From: Paragordius varius
Taxonomy: Eukaryota > Animalia > Nematomorpha
Reading direction: 5' to 3'
DNA: 64,000 nt
Assembly: GCA_964247055.1 (NCBI GenBank)
Contig: OZ176053.1
Coordinates: 2,418,001 to 2,482,000 of the forward strand
Shown here: positions 1 to 12,543 of the stretch, piece by piece
How the letters are laid out: each line of letters opens with the position of its first letter
Numbering within the stretch: the first letter of the stretch is position 1
Made by a program: the position numbers and the translations under genes
The notes under the pieces: model-generated
What the model saw: only the letters and a program-made list of their open reading frames with translations
The model's database searches: none
What the model was told of the DNA's origin: nothing

Positions 1-103
1 TAATGAAATTTTTATTTTTTAAAAAAATTTTATAATTACATATAATTTTTTTAGAAAATATAATATTCCATTGCAGTATTAATTTACTGTATATTCTGTA
101 TCT

Positions 104-200
104 ATATATTTATAAAAATAGAAAATGCTGGCTTTGTGATCTGTTTCCGGAAAACCGGTAGACCCATTCAAATCCAAACATTGAAAAAATATAATTATTA
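104..200 (+). repeat. ~95-bp dispersed repeat matching 44256-44352 (inside the hAT relic)
   Basis: GGCTTTGTGATCTGTTTCCGGAAAACCGGT.GACCCATTC.AATCCAAACAT is shared. Confidence 0.8.
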
Positions 201-875
201 ATGAATGCCCCAATAGCTTCGCGCTTTTTTTAAATTAGGCCCCCAGTTCGGGCCCACTCCGTGTATAAAACGGGTTTTTTTGAAAACATAAATCCACAAA
301 AATCGTGTCTTTGAGACATTTTTCCGGAGAACGTGTTGGACCATTTAATTTCAAATATGATTTTTGTTTACTTATTTTCGATTGCGCCGAACATAGCCGA
401 GTCACTTTTTTTAATTTCGGCCCTTTTTACCCGCTACCCCCGTAATATGCCATTTTTTCAAAAAAACAAAATCAACAAAAATAATTTTTTGAATCTATTT
501 TTCCTTCAGGTAAACAATATATTAGTATGAATGCACCGTTTTAAAATTCTCATGAGATCATAGCTATTAAAAAATGTTTCGAAGTAATCCACATATGTGG
601 ATCATTTCATTGTCCCTTTTTTCAAATAAGTTTGAATTTTTTAAATAATTATGATATTTATAATACCGTTAACATTAAGTTTTATGTTTTACAACAAAAC
701 ATTTGTCTTTTAGCCATAGTAATATATTTTAATATATTTATTTTGTATATAATGTTAGGCTAGTTTCATTTTTATAAATTATGGTTGTTTGTTCGATTCA
801 TAACTTAAATGCTAATAAACTATATAAAATTGATATATACCTTTAAAATTCCTCATAATATAAAAATAAAGTTAA

Positions 876-1384
876 GACTTGGGCACAGCTCAGTGCTTAG
901 ATTCAAATTGGGGTAGTTGGATACCCTAGACTTGTTTAAAATTAATTATATCAAAAAGTATGGAATAAATTGAAACCATAACATTATTAAACCGAAATAT
1001 AAACTTTAATCAAAATACTTGATATTACTTATTCAAAGGTAAAACCCAAAGGTAATAATGTAACCAACATGACATGGGTATATAACCTAAATATAAAATA
1101 TTGCAAAATATACCATTTTTTTCTGTTTATATTAATGTTAATAATTTTAATAAAAAATAAACTTAATTTTAGCCTTAGAATCAAATATGCACTATATTTT
1201 GCAAAAATATTGTAAAAAATGGCTTCGAAGTAGTTTGAAAATAAATTTTATTTAGATATTGTGGCTTATTATATAATTTCCAGGATAGTAGCATAAAAAT
1301 AGCTACCGTTTCTTTCTGTAGTTTTTAAAAATATCAACTTTAATATTGTCTGCGGTATTAGATACCCCAATTCGAATCGAAGTG
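876..1384 (+). mobile_element. piggyBac-like MITE (family D), diverged copy
   Basis: TTAA at 872-875, internal GATTCAAATTGGGGTAGTTGGATACCC motif, and right end GATACCCCAATTCGAATCGAAGTG; body similar to 40113-40695. Confidence 0.7.
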
Positions 1385-1709
1385 GTAATGAAAAATGCAT
1401 TAAGTGGAAAAAAATTATTAAGTGTTATTATTCTGACTCAAAAAACTATCGAAATATCGTGGAATAATCATGAATTAATTACACAGAAGATTAATAATTA
1501 AATTGAATTTTTAAAATAAATTGTCAACATGTTTGAACGCTTTAAATACTAGGAGGGTTTTAACACATTAATTACCTATATAGTTAAATAAAATTCAATT
1601 TTTACTCAAAATCTTAAATTATTCTTTCGTATTTTACCCTAATATTAATAGATATGAAATTAATCAACCATATTGATTAAAAATTATATATATATATAAT
1701 ATCTCATAG

Positions 1710-2711
1710 GATTTTGAAACTAGCCTTACCCTACTACAAGCCTGTGAACAGGAGTTAGTAACGTTTCAGGAAACTTATAAAGCTGCAAATAGTCAGAAAG
1801 ATGTGTCACAAGTACACACGGATCCCTTGTTAATTAGTTCTTCACGCCTTTGTAAACTTATTCGATGGGAAATTTTGCTGAATCATATCCAAAAACAATT
1901 GTTAACGTGCGAAAATATGGATAATACCAACCAAAAATGTACTATATTAACTTCCAAGTATGCAGTTTATTAAATTTATTTTTTGATTTTGGGTTAGTTT
2001 TATTCGATTTTTAAGGTTATTCCTTCTTGTGGTGGGATTTAGATAGATGCGTATTAATAAGTTAGTTTAACTTATTAATATGGCGTTAATTTTTTAAGAG
2101 TGTGGAATTAATTGTTAATTTTTTTAGTAAACTTGGATTAGAGTCAATGATTTTATCTTTATTAAAGGTCCAATTGTTATCCTTTTATAAATAATTTAAT
2201 GGTACAGGGAAAATTTGGATGTTGATTGCAATATACCTATTTTAGCGAAATAAGTTTTTTGGTATATCCTAGTTTTATGTAATTATTAATTGGAATTTAT
2301 TTATATTTATATTTCAACATAAATTGTGCTTTTATATATTTTTACAATTTTCACTTTTTTTCGATAGAAAATTTCATAACGATGTCCCAACCTGTGAACT
2401 TATTAATCAATGCAAAGCGTTTCTAACAACCATTAGTGTTTCGGAAAAAGGTTTGAGTTTTTTGCTTTTTTTATGAAAATTATAAAATTTATTAATATAG
2501 TTTTACTTACAATTCAAATTCACCCTATAAATAAATTATGTGTTTTCGGGCTATTATAACCTATTTTAAATATATAAAATTTATTTTATGGCATAGTTTA
2601 TTTTTTTCAGTATTATATATATTTTCAACGAAATTTATTTTTTAAAAAATGAACAAAAACATAGGTGATTTTTAATCCTATTGGAATTGTTTAAGGGTGA
2701 ATTTGAATTGT

Positions 2712-2779
<68 letters not shown>

Positions 2780-5700
2780 CTTGTATTAGGGTTTGATGTA
2801 TTAAATAGCGATATCGTGTGTTGGGTTAATATTTACCTCCTAAAGTTTCGTGAAGATGGATTTTTCACAAATTTTTTCCTGAATCCTCACATATTTTTCT
2901 TGAATGTAAGAGACTTTTTTAATTTAATAATTTTTTAATTTTTTTAATAATTATATATAATACCATTAATCTAAATTCACTCTTGAACAATTCAAAATCA
3001 CCCTCAAATAAATTGTGTTTTTTAAAATTAAAAATAACTACCTATATTTTAATATATTTTTCAAAAATAAAATTTAATTTAAAATAAAAATAATACTGAA
3101 AAATTATATGCCATAAAAATGTATTTCTTATTAATAATGATGTTAGGGTGAATTTGAATTGTTCGAGAGTGAATTTGAATTGTTCAAGGGTAAATTTGAA
3201 CTGTAAATGGTATATAATATATAAATTTTTGTTTTTTTTGATATTAAATTAAGTGTAACATTGTTTATATATAAGAATATGTATATGCATATAAAGAGAT
3301 TTTTAAACGAATGAATTACAATAAATGTAGTTTTATGTCTGATAGAAATAACAGCACTAAAGTACTTATATGACAAAGTTAACATAAAAGATTTTATTGA
3401 TTTGCTTTCCTTTGTAAAAGGATGAATTTTTATCTTCAAATTTATATTTGCAATTTTTTTACAAATCTTAGTATTTATATAACCTAAAACAAACTATGTT
3501 TCCATTATAATTTTTAAGCGAGTTAATTGATATCACATTAAATATTTGTAAACCATAATTTATTATCTTTAAAATCGATATTTTATTTTTTTATATTAGC
3601 TTGCAGCAAATTTGGTAAATTTGAAAAAAGAATTGTCCACATTGTCCCCATATGTTAAAACTACTAAACATGATTCAACATATTCATCTAACGCTGAAAA
3701 AATACCAGAAATGACTAAATTAACAATCAAAAAATTTTGGGAACTATGTATGTGCTATAAAAAAATTTATGTTTTCAGCATTTTATTATTGACTAAAAAT
3801 TAATTAAAACTGTAAAAAATAAGTATAAACCAATTATATTTCCCTCTACTGTATACAACTGGCAATATATAAAAACTAGTAATGTATATTTACTCATACT
3901 ATAAGACAGAAATTATATTTTTTTTAATCAGGCTTGTCCAAATAGCTTCGCGGGCCTTATTCTAAGTTTACATGAGTATATAGAAATAAACATTTTAGTA
4001 CATTTTAAACACAGAAGAATGTAAGATGCAAACACAATACAACAATTTTTTCCAGTTCGTTTACTTATTTTAAGAATATGTTTATAAAATATCAATTTTA
4101 TTGAAATTTTTTAGGATATTTTTTCAAATTATAGATTTTCAAATTTTTCGCAAACCGCACATTGGAGGGCTGTTGGACACGCCAGTTTTAGATGTTTAAT
4201 GATGAATAGTTTGATTAAAAGCGTATCTTTTTTTATTTGCATATATTAGTAAACCCGATATTTATGAGAGTTATTACCAACCCCAAAAATGATTCAAGCA
4301 GTCAAAACCTAACCTCTATATTCAGTGGGAACAATATGGGGCGAAGTTTGACCCCACCATTAAATGTCACCAATAATACAGCTAATTTGCCGTCGAACCT
4401 TTTTAATTTGAACCAGCAAGCAAGTCAATTTGGGGCAAATTTTAACCCCGCTGGAAATGTAAACCTTCAAAGATTTCGTCGACCCTTAACTACAGATGAC
4501 ACTTTTTTACATACAGGTTAGCGAAATGTTTTATTCCCGCTTAAAAAGTTTACAAAATGTTTTTGGTTGTAAGTATATTGATTACTCTAATACAAAATCC
4601 CATGGATTTACAAAGAAATTGTATTATAGTGCTTTGATTTTTAAAAAACCAAGATGATAAAATACCATTCAACAATATTGAATTACAAGTTTTGGCTATA
4701 AAAATTTGTAAGAAAATATTTATAAAGGAATATATTTAAAATGTACTTTAAATCGATTTTTTCGGAATATTCCTTTTAGTTAATTGAGTTTAGATGCCTG
4801 AATGATGGCTTATGGATATATTAATACTTTATGGGTTATTTTTAAAATCAAGAGTAATTAGGTGTAAAATATTAAAGTTTCATCATATTTTTTAGGTAAA
4901 TTTATGTCTAGGATCCTTAATTTTTATATAAAACAACTTATAAATATTAAAATATTTAAGGCTAATATTGAAATGTCAAATATTAAATAAAGTTGAAAAT
5001 GCGGAACTTTATATATAAAATGCCTCAAGGTTAGGTTGGAAATGAAGTAGAAACAATTTATGATTTTTTCTTTTTGTTTTAGGAAATTTTCCAAACGCAA
5101 CGTATAATAATAATTTTACGAGAATTTCTTCCATGATCGGAACATCTATGTATCCTAGAGTTAGGCCTCGTAAGTTTTATAATTTTATATTTTCCATTTT
5201 TCAATTAATATAATTTTGATATTTTTTTGGGGTAAAAATTGAAAAATAAAAATTAACACAAGAAAAGACGAAACGGCGCATAAACAGACCAATGTTTCTT
5301 TTAAAGGTAAACAACATTTTTTAATCCTTAATTTTATGTATATAAAACAAATGATTACAATTGGGAAATATATTTAATTGTTTTACCAAATTACATTTCT
5401 CAAAAAAAATCAAGGATTGTTATCATTAAAAATATTAGTCTTTTATTTTGTGTTTTATACTTTCTTTTTAGCTCTTTTATTATAAAGTAAAGCATAAATT
5501 TTATCATACGCCATATTTTTTCGTCTTTTTTCATATAAATAATATAAAGCGCCCCCTTTATAAATAAGGTTAACTTGTTGTTAAATTTTAATTAATCTAT
5601 TTACCCTAAATCTTAAATACATTAGTTATGATTTCCAAAATATTTATTGTTTCTATTAGCAATAAATGTCATTCCAATGAATCCGCCACCACCTCCACCC

Positions 5701-6074
5701 TCATCAGCTGGTGTCTTAAATGCACAACAAACGCAAAATCAAAATCCATTTTATTACCCAAAAACAGCTGCGGGTCCTTCTTTGATGTCTTTAAATACGA
5801 TGCCGCCTCCACCCCCTCCTAACCTTTCAAAAAACGGTATTTTGAAAAAATATTTATATATGGAATGATTTTTTTAATATATATTGATTTAATAATTTTA
5901 ACCCATTGTGTTTGTTAATCATTAATTCAAAGTATAAACCTTAATATTAGAGTATATGACACTGAGGATTTATAATTAGCTATTTGATAGTGTTAAGTGC
6001 GGAATTATAACCGTATTTAGTTGATATAATAAATGTTCTTACCACTATAAAACTATTTACTGATTAATTTTGTT

Positions 6075-6124
<50 letters not shown>

Positions 6125-7197
6125 TATTGACTATACTTGTTTAAATTTTTATGCAAACTATAGGTTATTTTTGATATACAGTATGAATTTGGATGGTTGC
6201 TTAGTTTACAAGTAGTGTATGGAAAAAAACAACAAAATGTTAAATAAACAATGTTTTCCTTTCTTATACAACTTTATGTATTTTATTTAATATTCTGTTG
6301 TTGTTTTTTTCCATACACTACTGTGTTGAAAATTGCCCAACAACTAGTGTGAAATAATCAACCATGAAAATGCATATACTCTAAATATTAAATTATCAAG
6401 GTTTAATTCACCTTTTTACATGCTTTTAAAAAAAATGTTAAAAATAGTCTATCCTCCTGGAAATCAATGGCCCAATTTTATGCAATCCAAAGGAATTACA
6501 ATGTTTACATATTTTTACAAACATATGCATTTGTGCGAAGTAAAATTTTATATTATAAAAATATTTTTGAACACCTATATATATACAGTATGAAAAAGTA
6601 TACATTGTTAGAAAGTTATTAATTATTGCCAAATAACATATTCAGCAAAGGGCAGTATTATTTACTTATAGTTATTTTTCTTTTTATACTATGGTTACTA
6701 AATGATAATTCTCTTTGTTGCATATATTTAGCAATAATTAATGAAAAACTGGCAATTTATACTTATATACTATATATATATATATATATATATATCATGC
6801 ATATGGTGCTTATTTCACACTATAGTTGGGTAATTTGCAACCAGTAATGTATAGAAAAAAATATTGAATAAACAATTTTACATTACTACTAGTGTGTGCT
6901 AATTGCCCAACTATAATGGGATATAAGCAACCATTAAAATGCATACTGTATCCCTATCACTTACAATTTAAATTCACCCTAAAAATAAAGAATGTATTTT
7001 AAGGCTTGAACTCATCATTGATAAATATATATCTTTATGGCATGATTTATAATTTTTCAGTAATATTTTAATTCGAACAATTTTTTTTATGTGAAAAACT
7101 ATAGCAAATTTTTTATCTTAAAAAACACATAATAAATTCCAGGGTGTATTGTTTAAGCGTAAATTTCAATTCTTCAAGGGTTTGAAGTGTAAATTGT

Positions 7198-7242
<45 letters not shown>

Positions 7243-10200
7243 GAAAAATCGTTTTACACCATGTTGATTAGCGCACTGTTAAAGATTTACACTCTTACAA
7301 AAGTAACCTTTAATTATTAATTATATAGTTTTTTTACAGTTTTCTAGGCAAATTATTAAAATATATATACCTGAGTATATTTTATTTAATTCCAAATTAC
7401 TTCTCTAATGTCTAATTATTTAATAAATGGTAATTGTTATGAAACATAAGGATATTTACACAATTTTTATTTTAAAGCTTTATTTGATATTTTTATACAA
7501 AATTACAATTAATTTTTTCAATAATTTTTGTTATAGGATGAACTGTGTTTCGACATGTCTTATGACTTCTTAGAGTATTGGCCATCCATTTTACTGTAAT
7601 TATTTAAGCTTATTATCATTTACACATTTTTGTTTATTTTTATTTTTAGGGCAAATATATGTGTTATAATCATTTTTTATTTTTTGTCAAATTGCTATGA
7701 AAAAGTTTAATTAAAACTTATAAAATCTGAAAATTGAAATTTTTTTATATATAATTTTTTTATGTGTGAAAATTAAACAATTATATAGTTTTTCCCATTA
7801 CAATGTGGATATGATTGAGGGCGCTTTGATTGAATGCTTAAACATTGCATTAATCCACAAATTAGATATTGAATCTAAAATATCATATCTTCGCATCCTA
7901 GGAGATATATATTATGGTAAATATGAATTTACATTTTTATCATAATTTTTTTGTGTTAATCTACATTTTAATTATTTTTTTATCAAAATTTTAAAACATA
8001 ACCATATAAATTTTTCATTATTTTGGGTCCAAAAAGTTCATAATAGCATTAAATTGTTTTTCAAGGCTATGTTAAAATTTGATCTAATTATACCTAATAT
8101 GTTTATATTTATAATATTTATATAAATTTTATAGTATTTTGTAACTTTTACAAATTTAGATTGCTCTAAATTAGAACAAAATAATTGAATAAATTATTTA
8201 ATACTGCCAAAATGTTTATTACATATTAAATTTGATCCATAGTTAAAGTTGTAATTTCATATTACTTTAGGATAATACTACCCCATAAGCTAATAAAATA
8301 TTTTCAAGACTTTTAAATTTATTTATAATTATCCCTTTTTTATTATGTAACATATTTTTATTTAGTCGACAAAAGATGCCAATATGCCTTATCGTTTTAT
8401 TGTAGTTATCTTGAACTTTTATTATTCAATCCTCAGGCAAACACTGAAAATTTGCGGTCTTTGCATTTGAGGTCAGACCATGTTGATCGGATTATGAAAT
8501 GTTTTTCTGAATTAGGTTATTATGTTGAGGTAAATGCTGTTTTCCATTTTAAAATAATATCTTATACTCTTTACACGTTAACTTCACTTTTTAACCATTT
8601 GAATTGACCCTAAAATAAATTATGAGGAATTAAATATTAAAAATGGCATATATTTTACGTTTATAATCTATTTTTAGGTTGAAATTGGTTAAGGGTGAAA
8701 TTGTATTGTTCAAAGGTGATTTTAAGGTGTGAATGATATTATATGTTAATTTGTTTTCTTAAATATGTATATAAAATATTTATTTCATATATTTTTTACA
8801 AACTAATTATCATATAACGAAAACCGGCTTATTATTTGTAATATAAACCTTTTAAACAAATTATTTTTTTATCTAAATGAGGAAATTGTTATTCTTTTTA
8901 AATAATATTCATATTCACATATATAGATAAAGCAATTATAAATTGTTTTTTTTAAAACATAATAGGTAAACTCACTTGGTTATTTGGTGGATAATTAATT
9001 TTAACACCTGATACTAGTATTTTTAATTGACATATACCATATTATCAGCAAAAACTTTTTTAAAGGATATATATTATATGATTTGACTTTAATACATTTA
9101 AACATATCAAATTTACCATTGAACATTTCAGAGTTACCCTTAAACATTTCAAATTTATGATTGAATATTTTAAATGCACCCAAAAAATAAATTATTTTAA
9201 GTTAAAAATCAAAACAACTAATTTTTATTCAATATATTTAAAATATAAAATTTTGTTCAAAATTTAACATAATACAGAAAAAAATATAATATTCCATAAG
9301 AGAATGCTCCATCAATACAGAATTTGCCCAAAAACACATATTTTGTTTTAGAAGAATTTTAAATTTTAATCAAGGGTGAATATGATGTATATAAATGGTA
9401 AATATATCGATAAATAATTATCAAATTAAAATAAAAAGAAACACTCATTTTAGATTAATTGCAAAGGCGTAATTTTTATCTCATGATTGCTGCTTTATAG
9501 TGTGCACTCATTTCACAAGTGTGTTATCCTGACATAAATCCAGCATGTTATACCAAAGCATGTCAAGCGTTAGATACTGTTTTAGCCAATGTTACCACCA
9601 GCAACCATGAGGGGCAAAATTCGTCTTCTATGCCTCTATTAGATGATGATGAAATTTTCACTTCTGACAATGAAAATGGTGATGAAATTACCACGAATGA
9701 TAATTGCCCGAAAAAAAAATTGAAAAGTGGTGAAAAGTTTCTAAAATCTGCGTCAAGTGATTACTTAAATAGTGTGAATGAGAGGAAAACATTTAAGCTA
9801 TTTTGGAATTTGGATTTAATTCAATACATTGCATGTAAAACGGAGAGTGCTGCTTCAGACACAAACAATCATCAAATGAATCTTATCAATAAAATTATGG
9901 TATTTGTTTGCTTTCGTTTAATATATCATTTACAATTCAAATTCTCCCTAATACTAAATTATTAATTTTCCGGCTAATTATTATTTTTTTTGTATTATAA
10001 TTTTAAACAAAATTTTATTTTTTGGAAAACATAATAAGATAATTTTTAATCTTAAAAAACACATAATTTATTTTAAGGTGAATTTGAATTGTTCGACGGT
10101 GAATATGAATTGTTTAAGGATGAATTTTGTAGTGTAAATAGTATAATTATCATAAATTACCTTTATAAATGGTTTTATTGTTATTTTATGGCATAATTCC

Positions 10201-11608
10201 ATATGTTACCATAATTTTTTTAAGGAGTTATAATTATAATATTTGACAATTTTTTTGTAATTAGTTTCTGTTGAAATCGAAATTACAGTCCTATAATACT
10301 TTGAAACTGTTGATTTTGGTTTCCAATATTTTCATAGATATGTTAATATTTAAAGTATAATGGTTTTTTTCGTATACCTTTCTTAATTAAATATATAAAG
10401 TTTTGTTTTTTTGGATTTTTCAGAGAAAATGGCGCATAATAAAACTATTAAGATGAAATTTTATTATATAATCATTAAATAAATTATAATTTAAATCCTG
10501 AAACAATTAACAAAAATATTTGATTTGAAACCGTTTTTTTTCAAAAATAATTTGTCGATATTATATAATAACTTTTGCAGTAAGATTGCACATAAGGGAA
10601 TTATTTTATAAATTAAATATATTTTTACCATCCATGTCACTGTTTAATTTTCCAGGAGATGTGAATAGAATTGTTTCTTTATAACCAATAAATCATAAAT
10701 TTCTAGAAACCGATCACATTATACGATTCAACTAAATTTTCAGTATTTTTTTGATTGTCAAATGTTTCAGGGTTGCGCGTTTGTTTTGGTGCTTACGATT
10801 CAAAAAGTTATTTTCACTTTTGTGGTATTTGCTTCATATCGAAAAATGGCAAGTGCATTGTTATTAATGCTTTTTCGGTGAAGACTAAAGGTTGTCAAAC
10901 CAAATATCGAGCACTGTTTTTTGCGTTTATAGCAAAATACCTTTCGCATGTATATCAATTTAAAATTTTTGGAGCTCTCATACAAAAAACAAAATTTGTT
11001 GTACCTAAATGAATCTAATTTTGCGACTCTTCCATATGGAGCAATTACAAGTGGATATAAATGACTGATGAGGTTTAAAATCAAAAACACCATAAAAAAC
11101 TTGATTTTCTACCAAAATTATTTGTTTGTGTGCACTGGGTATGAGCTATTAAGATGTTAGTTCATAAGAATGCCATCATCATATCATAAAGGGTAGGGCT
11201 CCGGATTCGGAGTTTTTCGTACCACGAAGTAATTCATATTTATAATATTTATACTTCGTGGTAATCTGAGGCGATTTTTTACGTAACACATGCCCTTGTG
11301 CATAACTAATGATTATACAGATCATTAAAAATTGGCTTTTGCCGTTAGCGCATTTTCATGCCCCAGCCAACACCGCTGGGAGGTGGCAATATGACTTGCA
11401 GTTTTTTTCCGTTAATTTAAATAACATTTATATTTAACAATTTGCTCTTTCAGAGATAAATTAATATTTTTTCATACTATTTTAGATAAATCTAATCGCT
11501 GATACAAATTTCAACATCCACAATGATGCAAGCATTCTGAACGCCCTAACACATTGCAAGGAAACCACCTTAATAAAATATTTATGTACAAAATTTCTTG
11601 TTAAATAA
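1710..11608 (+). CDS. INTS8: Integrator complex subunit 8, 3' part (5' exons lie upstream of the window); multi-exon
   Basis: GT-AG exons chained in consistent phase: 1710-1957 (..KLIRWEILLNH..), 2368-2451 (DVPTCELINQCKAFL), 3600-~3750 (LAANL..KKFWEL), ~7539 (SYDFLEYWPSIL), ~7800-7917 (SYLRILGDIYY), 8366-8511 (YALSFY..VDRIMKCFSELG), ~9498-9899 (CALISQV..FWNLDLIQYI), 11486-11608 (LIADTNFNIHNDASIL..KFLVK*). These are colinear with my recollection of the human INTS8 C-terminal half (IWPSSI, IQADIYF, RMIKCCSLL, YIWDVTILEYL, GQTELNASN). Some internal exon borders are uncertain. Confidence 0.85.
2507..2717. mobile_element. Foldback-like MITE (family A), abutting a (TA)n tract
   Basis: Inverted ends ACAATTCAAATTCACCC / GGGTGAATTTGAATTGT. 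Confidence 0.75.
2961..3212. mobile_element. Foldback-like MITE (family A)
   Basis: TACCATT.. / ..AAATGGTA ends with 2-3 tandem 21-bp units in each arm. Confidence 0.8.
9925..10144. mobile_element. Foldback-like MITE (family A); further diverged copies at ~6957-7198, ~8565-8735, ~9090-9400, ~13905-14130, ~23910-24150
   Basis: Same CATTTACAATTCAAATTC / GGTGAATTTGAATTGTT inverted arms. Confidence 0.7.
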
Positions 11609-11617
11609 ATATTTATT

Positions 11618-12346
11618 TTATAATACATCAGTTAAGTTGTAGCCAGTTTCATTGTTAAATGAATCGTTCCAATAAAAACAAAGTTTTTCTTCGATATAAA
11701 AAACATAAATCTGTATTTGAAGCTCACTGACCCCTCGAGTGTGACTATTTATATGTTCTTGCAAAATATTATCAATATTGCAAATTTTAAAACAATCATT
11801 ATCGCTCATTGTTGTCCCAAAATGCAAATTTTTACATAAAAATATTTTAAGGGCGTGAAAGGAATCGTTTTGTTGGCTCACAGCCATATCTTGTGAATTT
11901 AAATGCGAAAAATCGGGCATGATTGAATCAAAAATCAATAAATCTGAGGGTATTTTAGTTTTTTCATGAGTAAAACCTTGAACATTGTTTAAAATATGAT
12001 AAATTTGTTCATATACAGCTTTTTCATATTTTGTATCCGAGGTCATCATAGTCATTTTTGAGAAATTATTAATTATGAGATGGTTGTAAATATGTCGATA
12101 TTGCTGTAACAAATCATGTTGTAACAAAATAAGGAGGGCCAGTAATTCTTTTAAATTATAACACGGAAAAAAGAGGAAATTTTTATGGGAGAATCTCATG
12201 TCAAAAGGTTCTGTGTCAATTAATATTGTTCCCTCTTGTCGCATATATGTATGATATAAAAAATAAATAAAATCATATAATTTTGTCCCAACAAAACTGT
12301 TAATTTCTCTAATAAAGTAAAAATATACCAATAAATAATGGTTCAT
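11618..12346 (-). CDS. Uninterrupted 242-aa ORF; tentatively a highly divergent RecA/RAD51-paralog-fold protein (SWSAP1/XRCC2-like)
   Basis: Long ORF in very AT-rich DNA. Motifs ILIDTEPFDMRF, KNFLFFPCYNLKELLALL and PSDLLIFDSI resemble XRCC2 (FIDTDYHFDMLRL, RFFLVYC, LLILDSL) and SWSAP1 (IRFQYP..ELFRLL, PSLLLLDGL). No canonical Walker A. The 5' end is uncertain; another ATG at 12401 (MNWDISK..) is in a different frame. Confidence 0.45.
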   Translation of the reverse strand: MNHYLLVYFYFIREINSFVGTKLYDFIYFLYHTYMRQEGTILIDTEPFDMRFSHKNFLFFPCYNLKELLALLILLQHDLLQQYRHIYNHLIINNFSKMTMMTSDTKYEKAVYEQIYHILNNVQGFTHEKTKIPSDLLIFDSIMPDFSHLNSQDMAVSQQNDSFHALKIFLCKNLHFGTTMSDNDCFKICNIDNILQEHINSHTRGVSELQIQIYVFYIEEKLCFYWNDSFNNETGYNLTDVL

Positions 12347-12543
12347 CTTTGGATTTATAAAACAACTCTCGGAAAAAAGTTTTAGAAATATCCCAGTTCA
12401 TTTTGAAATTTTTTATTTTAGCGCAATAGCTTTTCCTTGTGCGACAACATATTTTTATTCATATGGTAATATCGATTCAACGCATGTAGAAAGTTTTTAA
12501 ATGACAAATGCCACTGTATGATACATCTTGATCTTTTTATACT
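12347..12543. promoter_or_regulatory. Probable short bidirectional promoter/5'UTR region
   Basis: Under 200 bp separates the start of the minus-strand ORF (12346 or 12401) from the syntaxin ATG (12544). Inferred from gene geometry only. Confidence 0.45.

Noticed and set aside
3143-3439. 98-aa minus-strand ORF
   Set aside because: Runs through AT-rich intron and a family-A MITE; antisense to INTS8; no protein-like features.
11063-11100. CTGATGAG as a hammerhead ribozyme core
   Set aside because: No stem II followed by GAAA and no stem I/III geometry.
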